Below, in pieces: positions 8,511 through 17,090 of a stretch of DNA of 32,000 bases. Both the position numbers and the translations under genes were made by a program. Source of the stretch: Pseudodesulfovibrio mercurii (GTDB lineage Bacteria > Desulfobacterota > Desulfovibrionia > Desulfovibrionales > Desulfovibrionaceae). Location of the stretch: NCBI RefSeq assembly GCF_000189295.2, contig NC_016803.1, positions 2,100,001 through 2,132,000 of the forward strand, written 5' to 3'. Positions within the stretch are counted from its first letter, which is position 1. Each line of letters starts with the position of its first letter. The notes below the pieces were generated by a model that worked only from the letters and a program-made list of their open reading frames with translations, did not search any database and was not told where the DNA came from.

Positions 8511-9143
8511 ATGCGACAAACATTTCTGACTCTGACTCTGGCCCTGGCCCTGGTGTTGTCCCTCTCCGCCCTGGCGGCCGCCGAGGACTGGCGGCTGGAA
8601 GGCGCCGTCGGCCTGAACTACGGCGAGGCGGGCGCCCGCGACGAGAACATCAACGGCACCGAAGTGGACGGTTCCATCGGCACGGGCAACGGCTTCACCG
8701 GCGCCGTGAACCTGTGGAAAGACCGGATGTTCGCCGACTGGTTCTCCCTGGGCGCCGCGTATTCGTTCCGCTCCAACAAGATGAACTACCACACCACCGG
8801 TTCCGGCGGCACTTCCCAGCGCATGAACACGGACATCATGATGAACGATTTCCAGATCAAGGCCGCCGCGCGCAAAAACGACGGCGACATCCATCCATAC
8901 ATCGGCGCGGGCCTGGGCTTCAGCTACATGAACGGCAAGATCTCCGTCGACGGCGGCTCCCAGGAGCGCGGCGAGACCTTCGCCCCGACCCTCAGCGCCT
9001 TTGTCGGCTACGACTACGACATCAACGAGACCTACTACACCGGCCTCGACGTGGCCTACACCTACTCCACCGGCGAGGTGGTAGGGATACAGGTGTACCA
9101 CAACACCCTGGGGGCCATGTTCAAGCTGGGCATGAAGTTCTAG
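8511..9143 (+). CDS. Outer-membrane beta-barrel protein (OmpW/OmpA-like small porin fold)
   Basis: Signal peptide MRQTFLTLTLALALVLSLSALAA, alternating beta-strand pattern, and a C-terminal ...GAMFKLGMKF ending in Phe. Confidence 0.75.
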   Translation: MRQTFLTLTLALALVLSLSALAAAEDWRLEGAVGLNYGEAGARDENINGTEVDGSIGTGNGFTGAVNLWKDRMFADWFSLGAAYSFRSNKMNYHTTGSGGTSQRMNTDIMMNDFQIKAAARKNDGDIHPYIGAGLGFSYMNGKISVDGGSQERGETFAPTLSAFVGYDYDINETYYTGLDVAYTYSTGEVVGIQVYHNTLGAMFKLGMKF

Positions 9144-9200
9144 CGCCCGAACCGCGCCGACTGCGCGCGGCCGCACGCCGCCTGCATTTTCCGGATACAG

Positions 9201-9242
9201 GGTCCGCATCGTGGTCATCCCGCGATGCGGACCGTCTTTTTT
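9201..9242 (+). terminator. Rho-independent terminator after the OMP gene
   Basis: Stem ggtccgcatcg (9201-9211) pairs with cgatgcggacc (9223-9233), followed by gtcTTTTTT. Confidence 0.8.
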
Positions 9243-9285
9243 GCGCGCCCCGCCGAAGACGACGCGGGGCGCGGGATGACGAGGC

Positions 9286-12200
9286 TCAGGAGACGAAGAT
9301 GTTGTCGATGGCCTGGGCTATCTCCTGCTCGTCGAAGCCCTCCTCGGCCAGGGCGGTGCGATAGCGCTTGATGCTCTTCCAGGCCTCCGCAGTGCGCTTG
9401 AGCGAGGCCAGCAGGTCGTAGCGCCGCCGTTGGGCGGTGTCGTTGATGGGGTCCAGGGCCAGGGCCTTGTCCACGACCTCCAGGGCCTGCCTCGGGGCGT
9501 TGCACCGGACCAGCAGGGCCGACCAGGCGACCAGCGCCCGGATGATGACCTCCCTGGCCTCCTGCCCGGCCGCCCAGGCCGCGGGCTGCTCGTAGGCCGC
9601 GCCCAACCGGCCGCGCATGTGCGTGAACGCGGTCTGCGCCTGCCAGTACCGGTCCCGGGCCGCGTGTTCCAGGCCTTCCCCGGCGTACCGCAGGGCCTGG
9701 TGCAGGTCGATGGCGCAATGCCTGAGATACAGTTTCTGGCCGTGGAGCTGCAGGTAGCGCTGCCGTGCATCCTCGCCGAAGACCGCGCCGATCCTGGCGC
9801 GCAGGCGCGACAGCATGGTGTCGAACTTGGAGCGCGTCTTTTCCGGGGAACTGCCCGGCCACAACTCCTCCTGAAGGGCCTCGACGCCGAGCACCCGGCG
9901 GGGGGACTCGCCCAGCAGCCGAAGGACCTTCCGCCACATGGGGGACAGCTCGTCCTCGGACAGGCTCACCGGCCCGAGGGACAGCCGCAGGGTCGCCGCG
10001 CACTCGATGCGCAACAGCGGGACGGGCGTCCCGTCGTCGAGGATGTCCAGTCCCAGCCGGTCGCGGGCCAGGTCCAGGGCGTAGCGCTTTTCGACGTTAT
10101 CCCTGACCGCCCGGCACAGCAGCCGCTCCATTATCCGGGGCGACCAGCCGAAAAAATGCGGAACCCGGCGCCGCCGCATGAGCCCGAGCAGGGCGCCCAG
10201 GTCCCGCAAGGCCTCCTGGTCGCGGCCGGTCCCGAAACGCATGGCGGCCCGGTAGGCATAGACGGTATGCGGATGGACGATGTCCCTGTCCCGATAGCCT
10301 TTCAGGCAGGCGTGGAAGACGCGTTCGGCGGCCCGGGTTTCGCCCAGCAGGGAGAGGGCGGCCCCGACCAGGGAGCGGGTCAGCAGACTGAACCAGATGC
10401 CGCCCCCGATGGCCCGCTGGCGAAGGGCCGCGCGCATGACCCGCAGGGCCTCCTCCCGTTTCCCCAGATGGGCGGCGGCGAGCATCCGGTAGTGCAGGAT
10501 CTGGCTGCGCATGTGCGGAAGGGTCTCGGGATGGGCGGCGTCGAAACCGGCGGCCAGGGCGTGGGCCTCGGCATAGCGCCCTTCCGTCATGAGCCTGTCC
10601 AGGTCCCAGACCACGAGGAAGACGGCGATGAACGACCGGTCGGGCTTATCCCCCCACTTGGTCCCGATGCACGCCCGCATGTGCCGGTACCCGGCGATGT
10701 CCCCGGCCATGAGGAGATAGTTCGCCTGCACGATGTCCAGCCAGTAGCGCACGGTCGGGCTGATCATGGTGTCGTTGGACAGCGGGAAGAACGGGGACAG
10801 CGCGTCCAGCGCGCCGTTCACGTCGCCGCCGAGCACGAGCAGCAGCAGTCGGCAGAGCAGCAGCTCGGGGTCCGTGTCCGCCTTTTTCCCCTCCGTGTGC
10901 GCCAGGGCCAGTTCGTAGTAGCGGCCCGCCATGGGCAGGTCCGATTCGAGATAGGCGTAGCCCAGGGACAGGGATTGCGCGACCAGCTTGATCAGGGGGG
11001 ACGGCAGCCGGTCCTTCATGGGCTCGAACAGCTCCACCGCGCGGCGCACCAGGTTGGCCCGGCGCCCGAACCGGCCCAGGATCATGACGTTGCAGGTGTT
11101 CAGCATGGCCGTGGCGATCAGCTCCCCCACCGGGTCGCCCTCCTCCCGGAGCAGGTCGATGGCCCGGCGCAGCGAATCGGCGCTGTCCTTGGGCCGGACG
11201 TTCAGGAGGACGATGCCGTGGACCAGGGTCATCCAGCCGCTGGCCGCCAGGACCGGGCCGGGCACGGCGTCGAGCAGGTTGAGCAGGGTCCAGTGGAGAT
11301 TGTCGGCGACCATGGCGAGGCCGTGGGCCTTCAGCGCGCCCTCGACCTCCACCCAGGCACCGGCCGCGACCAGATAGTCCAGGCCGATGCTGACCTCGCC
11401 CGCGTTCAGGAAGGCCGCGCCGCAGCGGGCCAGATAGGCCCGCCGCTCTTCGGCCGGGACGGCCGCCCCGCCCTTTTCCGCCAGGTGGGCCTGGAAGAGG
11501 TGGTGCAGGCGCAGGATGGTCCGGCCGCTCTCGACGCCAAAGCGCACGAACAGGTTGTTGGCCGCCATGGCGGTCAGCCAGTCCAGCAGGGCCGGGGAAA
11601 GCAGGTCCCCCAGCACGTCCGGGACGATGGCGTCCAGGGACGCGGCCAGCAGCAGCTCCCGCGCCGCGTCCGGGTCCATGGACACGGTCAGTTCATCGAA
11701 ATACCGGCCCACGGCCCGCACCTCGGCCGGGGACTTGAGCATGGTCGGGTCCTCGGTGTTGCGCAGCAGGACCAGGGCGGCGACCCACCCCTCGGTGGTC
11801 TCGAACAGCCGGTCGATGTGCTTCGTGCTGACGGGGATGCCGAACACGCCGCAGTACAGGCTGGCGATCTCCTCGCGGTTCAGGGCCAGGATCGACTGGT
11901 CCACGACCAGCTGTTCGCCGGGCGCGAAGAGCGCCCCGCCCGCCAGCCGCAACGGGAGGCGGGAGATGACGATCAGCCGCAGGGAGTGCGGGGTGTCGTC
12001 CTGAATGCGACGGATGAGCCGCAGGGCCGCGTCGTGCCCGAGCAGCCGGTGGGCATCGTCCATGACCAGGGTCAGGGGCGTGTCCAGGGCCTCCAGGGCC
12101 TCGCGCAGCCGGTGGACGCCGAGGTCGATGAGTTCGTCCGTGCTCAGCGGCTGCTCGAAGATGTTGAGCACGGCCTCGCTCTCAAGGGCCGGGCAGGACT

Positions 12201-12507
12201 TCTCCAGGGTCCGGGCGACGTCCTCGAAGAGCACGCGGGGGTCCGCGTGCCGCACCGAGCAGGTCACCCAGGCGAAGGGCGTGTCCGAGGTCTCGTCATA
12301 CTGGGAGATGAGGACGGTCTTGCCGGAACCCGCCTGGGCCGTGACCGAAAGCACCCGGATGTGCGACCGGTCCAGGTAGCGGCATTGTTCGAGGGCGTCG
12401 GTGCGCAGCAGCAGTGAATTGCGTGGAGCGGGGGCGGTCATGGTCGAGGTAGAGTGTACACAATACAGCGCGGTTGATGTACTATGCACAATTACACCTA
12501 ATCCCAT
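9286..12507 (-). CDS. Large STAND/MalT-like P-loop NTPase regulator with helical-repeat middle region and C-terminal SARP module (OmpR-type wHTH plus BTAD)
   Basis: Walker A is AQAGSGKTVLISQY and Walker B is LTLVMDDAHRL, followed by a long alpha-helical TPR-like region. The C-terminus VLRLLGESPRRVLGVEALQEELWPGSSPEKTRSKFDTMLSRLRARIG...YLRHCAIDLHQ is followed by a BTAD-like helical region. Alternative internal start at 12441 (MTAPAPRN). Confidence 0.8.
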   Translation of the reverse strand: MGLGVIVHSTSTALYCVHSTSTMTAPAPRNSLLLRTDALEQCRYLDRSHIRVLSVTAQAGSGKTVLISQYDETSDTPFAWVTCSVRHADPRVLFEDVARTLEKSCPALESEAVLNIFEQPLSTDELIDLGVHRLREALEALDTPLTLVMDDAHRLLGHDAALRLIRRIQDDTPHSLRLIVISRLPLRLAGGALFAPGEQLVVDQSILALNREEIASLYCGVFGIPVSTKHIDRLFETTEGWVAALVLLRNTEDPTMLKSPAEVRAVGRYFDELTVSMDPDAARELLLAASLDAIVPDVLGDLLSPALLDWLTAMAANNLFVRFGVESGRTILRLHHLFQAHLAEKGGAAVPAEERRAYLARCGAAFLNAGEVSIGLDYLVAAGAWVEVEGALKAHGLAMVADNLHWTLLNLLDAVPGPVLAASGWMTLVHGIVLLNVRPKDSADSLRRAIDLLREEGDPVGELIATAMLNTCNVMILGRFGRRANLVRRAVELFEPMKDRLPSPLIKLVAQSLSLGYAYLESDLPMAGRYYELALAHTEGKKADTDPELLLCRLLLLVLGGDVNGALDALSPFFPLSNDTMISPTVRYWLDIVQANYLLMAGDIAGYRHMRACIGTKWGDKPDRSFIAVFLVVWDLDRLMTEGRYAEAHALAAGFDAAHPETLPHMRSQILHYRMLAAAHLGKREEALRVMRAALRQRAIGGGIWFSLLTRSLVGAALSLLGETRAAERVFHACLKGYRDRDIVHPHTVYAYRAAMRFGTGRDQEALRDLGALLGLMRRRRVPHFFGWSPRIMERLLCRAVRDNVEKRYALDLARDRLGLDILDDGTPVPLLRIECAATLRLSLGPVSLSEDELSPMWRKVLRLLGESPRRVLGVEALQEELWPGSSPEKTRSKFDTMLSRLRARIGAVFGEDARQRYLQLHGQKLYLRHCAIDLHQALRYAGEGLEHAARDRYWQAQTAFTHMRGRLGAAYEQPAAWAAGQEAREVIIRALVAWSALLVRCNAPRQALEVVDKALALDPINDTAQRRRYDLLASLKRTAEAWKSIKRYRTALAEEGFDEQEIAQAIDNIFVS

Positions 12508-12648
12508 CGAATGTCAGCATAAAATTGAAAAAAAACGGGTCGGACGAGGACTCGCGGGGAATACTCCGGCGTGCCGTGGAGGGCAGGCGGACGTCCCGCG
12601 GGGCCGCCCGAGGGGGAGGAAAGGTCGGATTTCCCGCCGCCGGGCGGG

Positions 12649-14109
12649 CTACAGCTCCAGGTTGGTGAACGGCTTGCGCTTCCGTTTCTTCTTCTTTTTG
12701 GGCGGTTCGGGCAGGTTGTCGAGATCGAGAATCTTCTCGTCCTGGCGGTAGCGACGGGAGGACTCGGGTCGGCTCGCGACCAGACGCCGCGCCTGGTCGA
12801 GCTTGGCGTGGGCCAGGTCGTTCTCGGGGTCCAGGGAGAGGACGTGCTCGAAGAACGGGATGGCGTCGTCGGGGTAGCGCAGGTCCAGGTACAGGGAGCC
12901 GATGTTCAGGGCCGCGCCCACGCTGCCCGCATAGAAGTCGGGGTCGATGTCGAGCGCCTTTTCGAAACAGTCCAGGGCGGTCATGCGCTCCAGCCCCTCC
13001 CAGTGGGCCAGCCCCATGTTGTAATGGATGACCGCGTCCTCGGGGGCGATGGTCAGGGCCTTCCTGTAGACCTCCACGGCCTCGGCCCAGCGGCCCTCGC
13101 CGCGCAGGAGGATGCCCAGCCGGTTGAAGTGGACCAGGTCGTCGCGGCCGAGCACGCGCTTGGTGTCGATGACCCGGTTCAGGTACTTGACCGCCAGGTC
13201 CGGGGCGATGCCGGACACGGCGTCCACGATGCGCTCGGTCAGGTCGCCGACCATGGAGCGGGTCTCGCGCTCGGCGGCCTGGACGCTCTGGTCCAGGTAG
13301 CGCTCGGCCTGCTCGTGCTGGCCCTGGCGCAGGTGCTGCTCGGCGATGTCGATCTTGCGCTCCGGGTTGAGGGGCGAGAGGGTGTCCAGCTCCTTGAGGT
13401 AGGCCAGGGCGCGCTCGTCCTCCATGTCGCGGAAGGCCTCTGCCAGCTTGGCCAGGGGGGCCATGAAGATGGGGTTGGCCTCGTGGGCGGCCATGTAGGC
13501 CTGGACCGCCGCGTCCACCCGGCCGGTGCCCATGAGGGCGTCGCCGCGCATGGCCAGGCCGCGCGCCGAGTCCGGCCTCAGCGACAGGATGCGGTCCGAG
13601 GCGGCCAGGGCGGCCACATAGTTGTGGGCGTCCAGGAGGCTGCGGCAGTGCTCCATCTGGCGGCGCAGCTCCATGGGCGGGGAGATGGCGGCGGCCAGCT
13701 CCTCGATGACCTTGTTGGCCGAGGCGGGCTTGACCAGCACGCGGGACACGCCCAGCTCGAAGAAGTAGGCCACGGTCTCCTGGGTGGCCTCCCAGGTGAG
13801 CACGATCATGCGCGCCTCGGGGCACTCGCGCGACAGGCGGATGATGAAGTCCGTGGACGGGCGGTTGTCGATCATGCGCTCGATGAAGACCACGAAGGGG
13901 ATGTCCTGCTCGCGCAGCTCCACGCACTTGTCCACGGCCGCGTCCATGGAGGTGTAGGGCAGGAGGACCTCGCCGCGCAGGCCGATGACCCGCGAGACCA
14001 TGTTGCGCAGGGCGCGGGTGAACCCGTAGTCGTCCGAGACGTAGACGACGACGCCCCCGTCCTTTTCGATGAACCTGCGGACCACGGCGTCGGCGGTTTC
14101 CGGCGGCAT
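12649..14109 (-). CDS. Receiver-like (Asp->Glu pseudo-receiver) plus TPR-repeat protein, paralog 1, with polybasic C-terminal tail
   Basis: N-terminal CheY-like pattern VVYVSDD ... FVVFIERMID ... MIVLTWEA ... VLVKPAS, then multiple TPR units, then tail PPKKKKKRKRKPFTNLEL. Start 14109 (RBS aggggggtg) gives an N-terminus matching the paralog. The maximal ORF starts at 14154. Confidence 0.75.
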   Translation of the reverse strand: MPPETADAVVRRFIEKDGGVVVYVSDDYGFTRALRNMVSRVIGLRGEVLLPYTSMDAAVDKCVELREQDIPFVVFIERMIDNRPSTDFIIRLSRECPEARMIVLTWEATQETVAYFFELGVSRVLVKPASANKVIEELAAAISPPMELRRQMEHCRSLLDAHNYVAALAASDRILSLRPDSARGLAMRGDALMGTGRVDAAVQAYMAAHEANPIFMAPLAKLAEAFRDMEDERALAYLKELDTLSPLNPERKIDIAEQHLRQGQHEQAERYLDQSVQAAERETRSMVGDLTERIVDAVSGIAPDLAVKYLNRVIDTKRVLGRDDLVHFNRLGILLRGEGRWAEAVEVYRKALTIAPEDAVIHYNMGLAHWEGLERMTALDCFEKALDIDPDFYAGSVGAALNIGSLYLDLRYPDDAIPFFEHVLSLDPENDLAHAKLDQARRLVASRPESSRRYRQDEKILDLDNLPEPPKKKKKRKRKPFTNLEL

Positions 14110-14375
14110 GGGCACCCCCCCTGGCTGCGGTGGCGGGACGGCGTTCCGGCCCACGACCGTACCCTACGTGAAGTGGGGGAAAACGGTCAACCCGGCGGCG
14201 GGAAAGGGCTTTCCACGCCCCCGCTTCGCGAAGCGAACAAAAACCCCGCGCCGCAGGCGCCATATGGGGTGCAGGGGTGCGGGCCCCTGCCCGCCGGAGG
14301 CGAAATCACCCGTCAAACGCCGCGCAGCGGCATCCGACACTGATTTCCCCTAGCGTCAGGGGAAAAGATCCAAAA

Positions 14376-15710
14376 TCAGCCCACGGCGGCCTTGAGGGCG
14401 GCGAGCTTGCGGGCGGCGGTGGCGTTTTCGGGGTTGAGACGCAGGACGTTTTCGAAGCAGGGGATGGCGTACTCGTATTCGCGCAGGTCGGCGAACAGGG
14501 AGCCGAGGTTCATGGACACGGTTTCGCTGGCCTTGTAGAAGTCGGGGTTGTGGTCCACGGCCTTCTGGAAGCACTGGCCCGCCCGGCGCTTGTCCCCGCC
14601 GTCGTAGTAGGCCATGCCCATGTTGTAGTGCAGCCCCTCGTCCTCCGGGGAGATGCGCAGGGCCGAGGCGTAGTTGTCGATGGCCTCGCGCCATTTGCCC
14701 TGGCCGCGCAGGGCGATGCCGAGCTTGTTGAACAGGGCGATGTCCTCCTTGTCCAGTCGAGACCCCTTGGCCTCCAGGACCTTGGTCAGGTACTTCTCGG
14801 ACATGCCCGGATCGTCGGCCACGGCCTCGGAGATGGTCTCGGCCACGGCGCTGATCAGGCCCATGGCCTCGCGGGTCACGGTCTCGATGGCCTGGTCGAA
14901 ATAGACCTCGGCCTTGTCCATCTCGCGGCGCCGGGCGTGGACCTTGCCGATCTCGGTCTTGCGCTGGGCGTTCAGCGGGCTCAAGCGGTCGAGTTTCTTC
15001 ATGTACTTGAGCATTTCATCCTCGTCCACGCCCCGGTACGCCTCGACCAGCTTCTTGATGGGTTCCAGGTAGATCTTGGAGCTCTCATGGGCCCGGTGGT
15101 AGCTGTCGAGCGCCTTGTCCAGCTCGTTCTGGGCCATGTGCACGTCGCCCTTGAGCATCAGCCCGGCCGGGCTCTCAGGCTTGAGTTCGAGGACCTTCCT
15201 GGCGATCTGCATGGCCTCCATGAGCTTGCCCGCGGCCAGGCAGTTCTTGCCCAGGTGCATGTACTCGCTGAGCTTGCCCTGGGGCTTCACGGTGAAGGCC
15301 AGCTTCTCGATGATGTTGTTCATGGACGCGGGCTTGGAGATGACGTTTGACACGCCGATCTCGTAGAAGAAAGCGATGTTCTCGCGCTTGGTCTCGCCCA
15401 CCAGGACGATGATCTTGAGGTCCGGGAGCAGCCTCTTGAGGGTCATGATGGTGTCGGTGCTGGTGCTGCCGCCGATCATGCGCTCGATGAAGACGATGAA
15501 GTCCTGCCCGGTCTTGTGCATGGCCTGGACCTTCTTCAGTCCGGCGTGGACCGTCTCCAGGGCGGACAGGCAGTCGCGCTTGGTGCCGATGATCTTGAAG
15601 ATGGTCGAGGACAGCATCCGCTTGAAGAGCGGGTCCTCGCTGATCAGGACGATGGAACCGTTTGTCTTTTCAAAATAATCGTAGACGATGGAATCGTATT
15701 TACCGGCCAT
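14376..15710 (-). CDS. Receiver-like (Asp->Glu pseudo-receiver) plus TPR-repeat protein, paralog 2
   Basis: Pattern IVLISED ... FIVFIERMIGG ... IIVLVGE ... VISKPAS, then TPR repeats collinear with 12649-14109. Start 15710 is preceded by AGGGGAGAAC. The maximal ORF starts at 15788. Confidence 0.75.
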   Translation of the reverse strand: MAGKYDSIVYDYFEKTNGSIVLISEDPLFKRMLSSTIFKIIGTKRDCLSALETVHAGLKKVQAMHKTGQDFIVFIERMIGGSTSTDTIMTLKRLLPDLKIIVLVGETKRENIAFFYEIGVSNVISKPASMNNIIEKLAFTVKPQGKLSEYMHLGKNCLAAGKLMEAMQIARKVLELKPESPAGLMLKGDVHMAQNELDKALDSYHRAHESSKIYLEPIKKLVEAYRGVDEDEMLKYMKKLDRLSPLNAQRKTEIGKVHARRREMDKAEVYFDQAIETVTREAMGLISAVAETISEAVADDPGMSEKYLTKVLEAKGSRLDKEDIALFNKLGIALRGQGKWREAIDNYASALRISPEDEGLHYNMGMAYYDGGDKRRAGQCFQKAVDHNPDFYKASETVSMNLGSLFADLREYEYAIPCFENVLRLNPENATAARKLAALKAAVG

Positions 15711-15835
15711 GTTCTCCCCTGGTCGCGCCGGGCGACGATGATCTCTGCGCGCCCCTTTACCGCCGGGACGCGACGCCGAGAATGGCATGCGTCAGGACAA
15801 AAGGGAATGATAAATCGCCTTCGGGGATGGAGGAA

Positions 15836-16588
15836 TCAGAGTTCATGGACGTCCCCGGGCTCGGGCACGAACCCGTGCACCGAGGTCTCGGTCTCCACGG
15901 CCATGCGGATGACGTCCATCATGGTGTGCCGGATGGTCCGCTTCATGTGCACCAGGGCGCAGGCCCCGGCCCCGGACCGGCGGGCCATGTCCAGGGAGGT
16001 GCCCACGTCGCCGTGGCCGGTGGTGATCTCGTCCAGGGTGAAGGCCTCGTGGACCACCAGGTCGCAGTGCTCGGCCAGGTCCACGGTGGCGTCCGTGGGC
16101 TTGCCGTCGCCCGAGTAGTAGAGGGACTTGCCCCCGGCGTCCAGGCGCACGGCCAGGCAGGGCATGGAGTGGTCGTTCAGGGCGAAGCGGAAGCGGAAAC
16201 CGCCGTGCTTGAAGTCCTCGCCGGGCACGCACTCGATGAAGAAAATCTCGAAACCGGCCTTGGCCAGGGCGTTGGAATAGGCCAGCTCCATGAGCCGGTT
16301 GACCCTTGATTCGATGCCGCTCGGGCCGAGGATGGTCAGCCGCTTGGTCCTGCCCTCCTCCAGTGAGCGGACGATCAGGGCCGGGAGCCCGAAATAGTGG
16401 TCGGCGTGGAAGTGGGACACGTAGACCGCGTCCAGGTCGAGGGGCCGGGCCGCGTACCGCCACAACCCGCAGGAGACGTTGAAGCCGCAGTCCAGCAGGA
16501 TGGACGAATCGTTGTGCTCCACCAGCAGGGACGTGTTCGGCAACCGTTCGTCAAAGGCCTCGCCCACCCCGACAAAAGTCACACGCAT
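15836..16588 (-). CDS. MBL-fold metallo-hydrolase (RNase Z/BN-like)
   Basis: MRVTFVGVGEAF..., HxHxDH motif VSHFHADH, and distal H/D ligands (DLVVHEAF, HGDV). GGAG RBS upstream. Confidence 0.8.
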   Translation of the reverse strand: MRVTFVGVGEAFDERLPNTSLLVEHNDSSILLDCGFNVSCGLWRYAARPLDLDAVYVSHFHADHYFGLPALIVRSLEEGRTKRLTILGPSGIESRVNRLMELAYSNALAKAGFEIFFIECVPGEDFKHGGFRFRFALNDHSMPCLAVRLDAGGKSLYYSGDGKPTDATVDLAEHCDLVVHEAFTLDEITTGHGDVGTSLDMARRSGAGACALVHMKRTIRHTMMDVIRMAVETETSVHGFVPEPGDVHEL

Positions 16589-16665
16589 TGGCTGCTCCGT
16601 TGTCTTACGTTCTCCAAAGAGGATACCATTTAGCAGAAACGGCGGGAAAGCGAAAGAAGAAGGGC

Positions 16666-16917
16666 CTAATCGTCATCACGATTGCGCACGTCGTCACGCC
16701 AGGCGTTGAGCGGGGCGTAGCACCCCTGCCCGGCGTGCTGGGACCGCCTGACCTGCTCGGCGGTCTCGGGGTCGAGCATCAACCGGCACAGGTACCGGCC
16801 CGCCGCCTCGTCCCAGAACAGGTCGGGACAGCGTCGCATGTAGCCGTATCGCCGGTGGGACTCCATGCAGGGGTCCTGCAGGCAGCACCAGCCGCAGCCT
16901 ACGCACGGTTTGGACAT
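16666..16917 (-). CDS. Small Cys-cluster protein (YkgJ/UPF0153-like CxxCxxCC motif)
   Basis: MSKPCVGCGWCCLQDPC... Start 16917 has a GGAGAA RBS. The 125-aa maximal ORF (start 17043) has no better start support. Confidence 0.6.
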   Translation of the reverse strand: MSKPCVGCGWCCLQDPCMESHRRYGYMRRCPDLFWDEAAGRYLCRLMLDPETAEQVRRSQHAGQGCYAPLNAWRDDVRNRDDD

Positions 16918-17090
16918 GTTCGCGTTCTCCTCGGATACGGTTTCACAAGGGATACCGTCCCCCCTCCCGAAAGGCAAGGAGGCCCGGAGCACCGAGGCCC
17001 GACCGCGCCGCCCGCCATCCATACGCAAAAAGAATTGGACCATACCCGCCCGGCCCGTATACCCATTCAGAAAAACACGAGGTTTCCGCC

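Noticed and set aside
9430-14343. Antisense or alternative-frame ORFs 9430-12417 (+), 12482-14263 (-) and 12571-14343 (+)
   Set aside because: They are shadow ORFs of the STAND regulator and the TPR genes. They have no motifs, an extreme Arg/Gly/Pro/Ala bias and no RBS.
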